Shown: positions 41,872 to 42,371 of the stretch, one piece after another
Numbering within the stretch: the stretch's first letter is position 1
Layout of the letters: the number at the start of each line of letters is the position of its first letter
NCBI GenBank assembly: GCA_029977665.1
Contig: JAPOKK010000003.1
Location: 1-42,371 of the forward strand
Source of the DNA: Pseudomonadota bacterium
GTDB taxonomy: Bacteria; Pseudomonadota; Gammaproteobacteria; Ga0077536
Length of the DNA stretch: 42,371 nt
Direction: 5' to 3'
Notes under the pieces: generated by a model
Seen by the model: the letters and a program-made list of their open reading frames with translations, nothing else
The model's database searches: none
What the model was told of the DNA's origin: nothing
Made by a program: the position numbers and the translations under genes

Positions 41872-41896
41872 CCGGCAGACCTGCAACCTCCACCGG

Positions 41897-41932
41897 TCGA
41901 CCGTCCCGCGGTCATTCTCTATACTCGGCGCC
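41897..41932 (+). promoter_or_regulatory. tRNA-Leu promoter with stringent-type discriminator
   Basis: TCGACC - 17 bp - TATACT (41920-41925) - CGGCGCC. Confidence 0.65.
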
Positions 41933-41944
41933 CTTCGCATCCAT

Positions 41945-42031
41945 GCCGGGATGGCGGAACTGGTAGACGCGCCAGACTCAAAATCTGGTATCCGAAAGGA
42001 TGTGGGGGTTCGATTCCCCCTCCCGGTACCA
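41945..42031 (+). tRNA. tRNA-Leu (anticodon CAA), class II, encoded CCA
   Basis: Acceptor GCCGGGA/TCCCGGT, D-loop TGG, anticodon arm CCAGA-CTCAAAA-TCTGG, long variable arm, T arm GGGGG-TTCGATT-CCCCC, ACCA end. Confidence 0.98.
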
Positions 42032-42371
42032 GCACTTGCGTGCTCGAGGGGGAACGCCGTTCGCGTTCCAGCAATCACCTGGCGAACACGCCAGAGCACG
42101 CGCGCTGATGCCGTGCGATGCCGCGACTGACGCGACAACGCCTTGGGCCGAGCCGCTCAGCTCGTCTGCCCGAACCCCGCCTCATCAAGACGGCCCGACA
42201 CTGGGTGGCAGCATCTTCATCGGAGTCACATGCGCCTGAGCGCAGACGTTTGGGCTCAGGGTAACTCGCTTACCGCAATTCCCCGATACTCCCGTATGAA
42301 GAGACGCTTTCGAGCGCCTCGGGCCTGACGCTCTCGAGATGATTACCTCAGCGTTTCGGTCTGTTGCGCGC

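Noticed and set aside
42038-42101. Hammerhead ribozyme in the three-way junction
   Set aside because: Core CUGANGA and GAAA are absent on both strands
41417-42239. ORFs spanning the queA-tRNA spacer (237, 125, 137 and 79 aa)
   Set aside because: They run through the tRNA, queA or the palindromic element, with no transposase or other motifs
42230-42328. 32-aa ORF MRLSADVWAQ... with an upstream GGAG
   Set aside because: Codon usage is unlike the host genes and there is no recognisable motif; unsupported without ribosome profiling

Overview
This is a very GC-rich, core-genome window from a non-enteric gammaproteobacterium, judged from gene content and order. Left to right it holds: the dcw cluster on the minus strand (mraZ-rsmH-ftsL-ftsI-murE-murF-mraY-murD-ftsW-murG-murC-murB-ddl-ftsQ-ftsA-ftsZ); RNase P RNA and rsmI; a divergent lpoA-yraN-gmhA/diaA-dolP operon; petABC-sspA-sspB; a DegS/AlgW-like protease; mlaC-bolA-murA-hisG-hisD-hisC; queA-tgt-yajC-secD-secF-pdxB-purT-gloA; and tRNA-Leu(CAA). 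I see no novel multi-gene system, CRISPR array, prophage, integrase or transposase. Almost all coding space is explained by housekeeping genes, and the remaining ORFs in the track are GC-driven shadow frames. The signals worth following are small-scale. (1) A ~160-bp non-coding palindromic, MITE-like element sits between queA and tRNA-Leu, and its end appears to supply the promoter of a leaderless queA. (2) rsmI has no canonical start codon upstream of its conserved LYVVATPIG motif, and its N-terminal codons overlap the -35 of a leaderless lpoA promoter. (3) Cytochrome b carries a PVWF variant of the Qo motif. (4) Several leaders and tRNA-flanking sequences look structured. All promoter and RNA-structure calls were made by eye and need computational or experimental checks.
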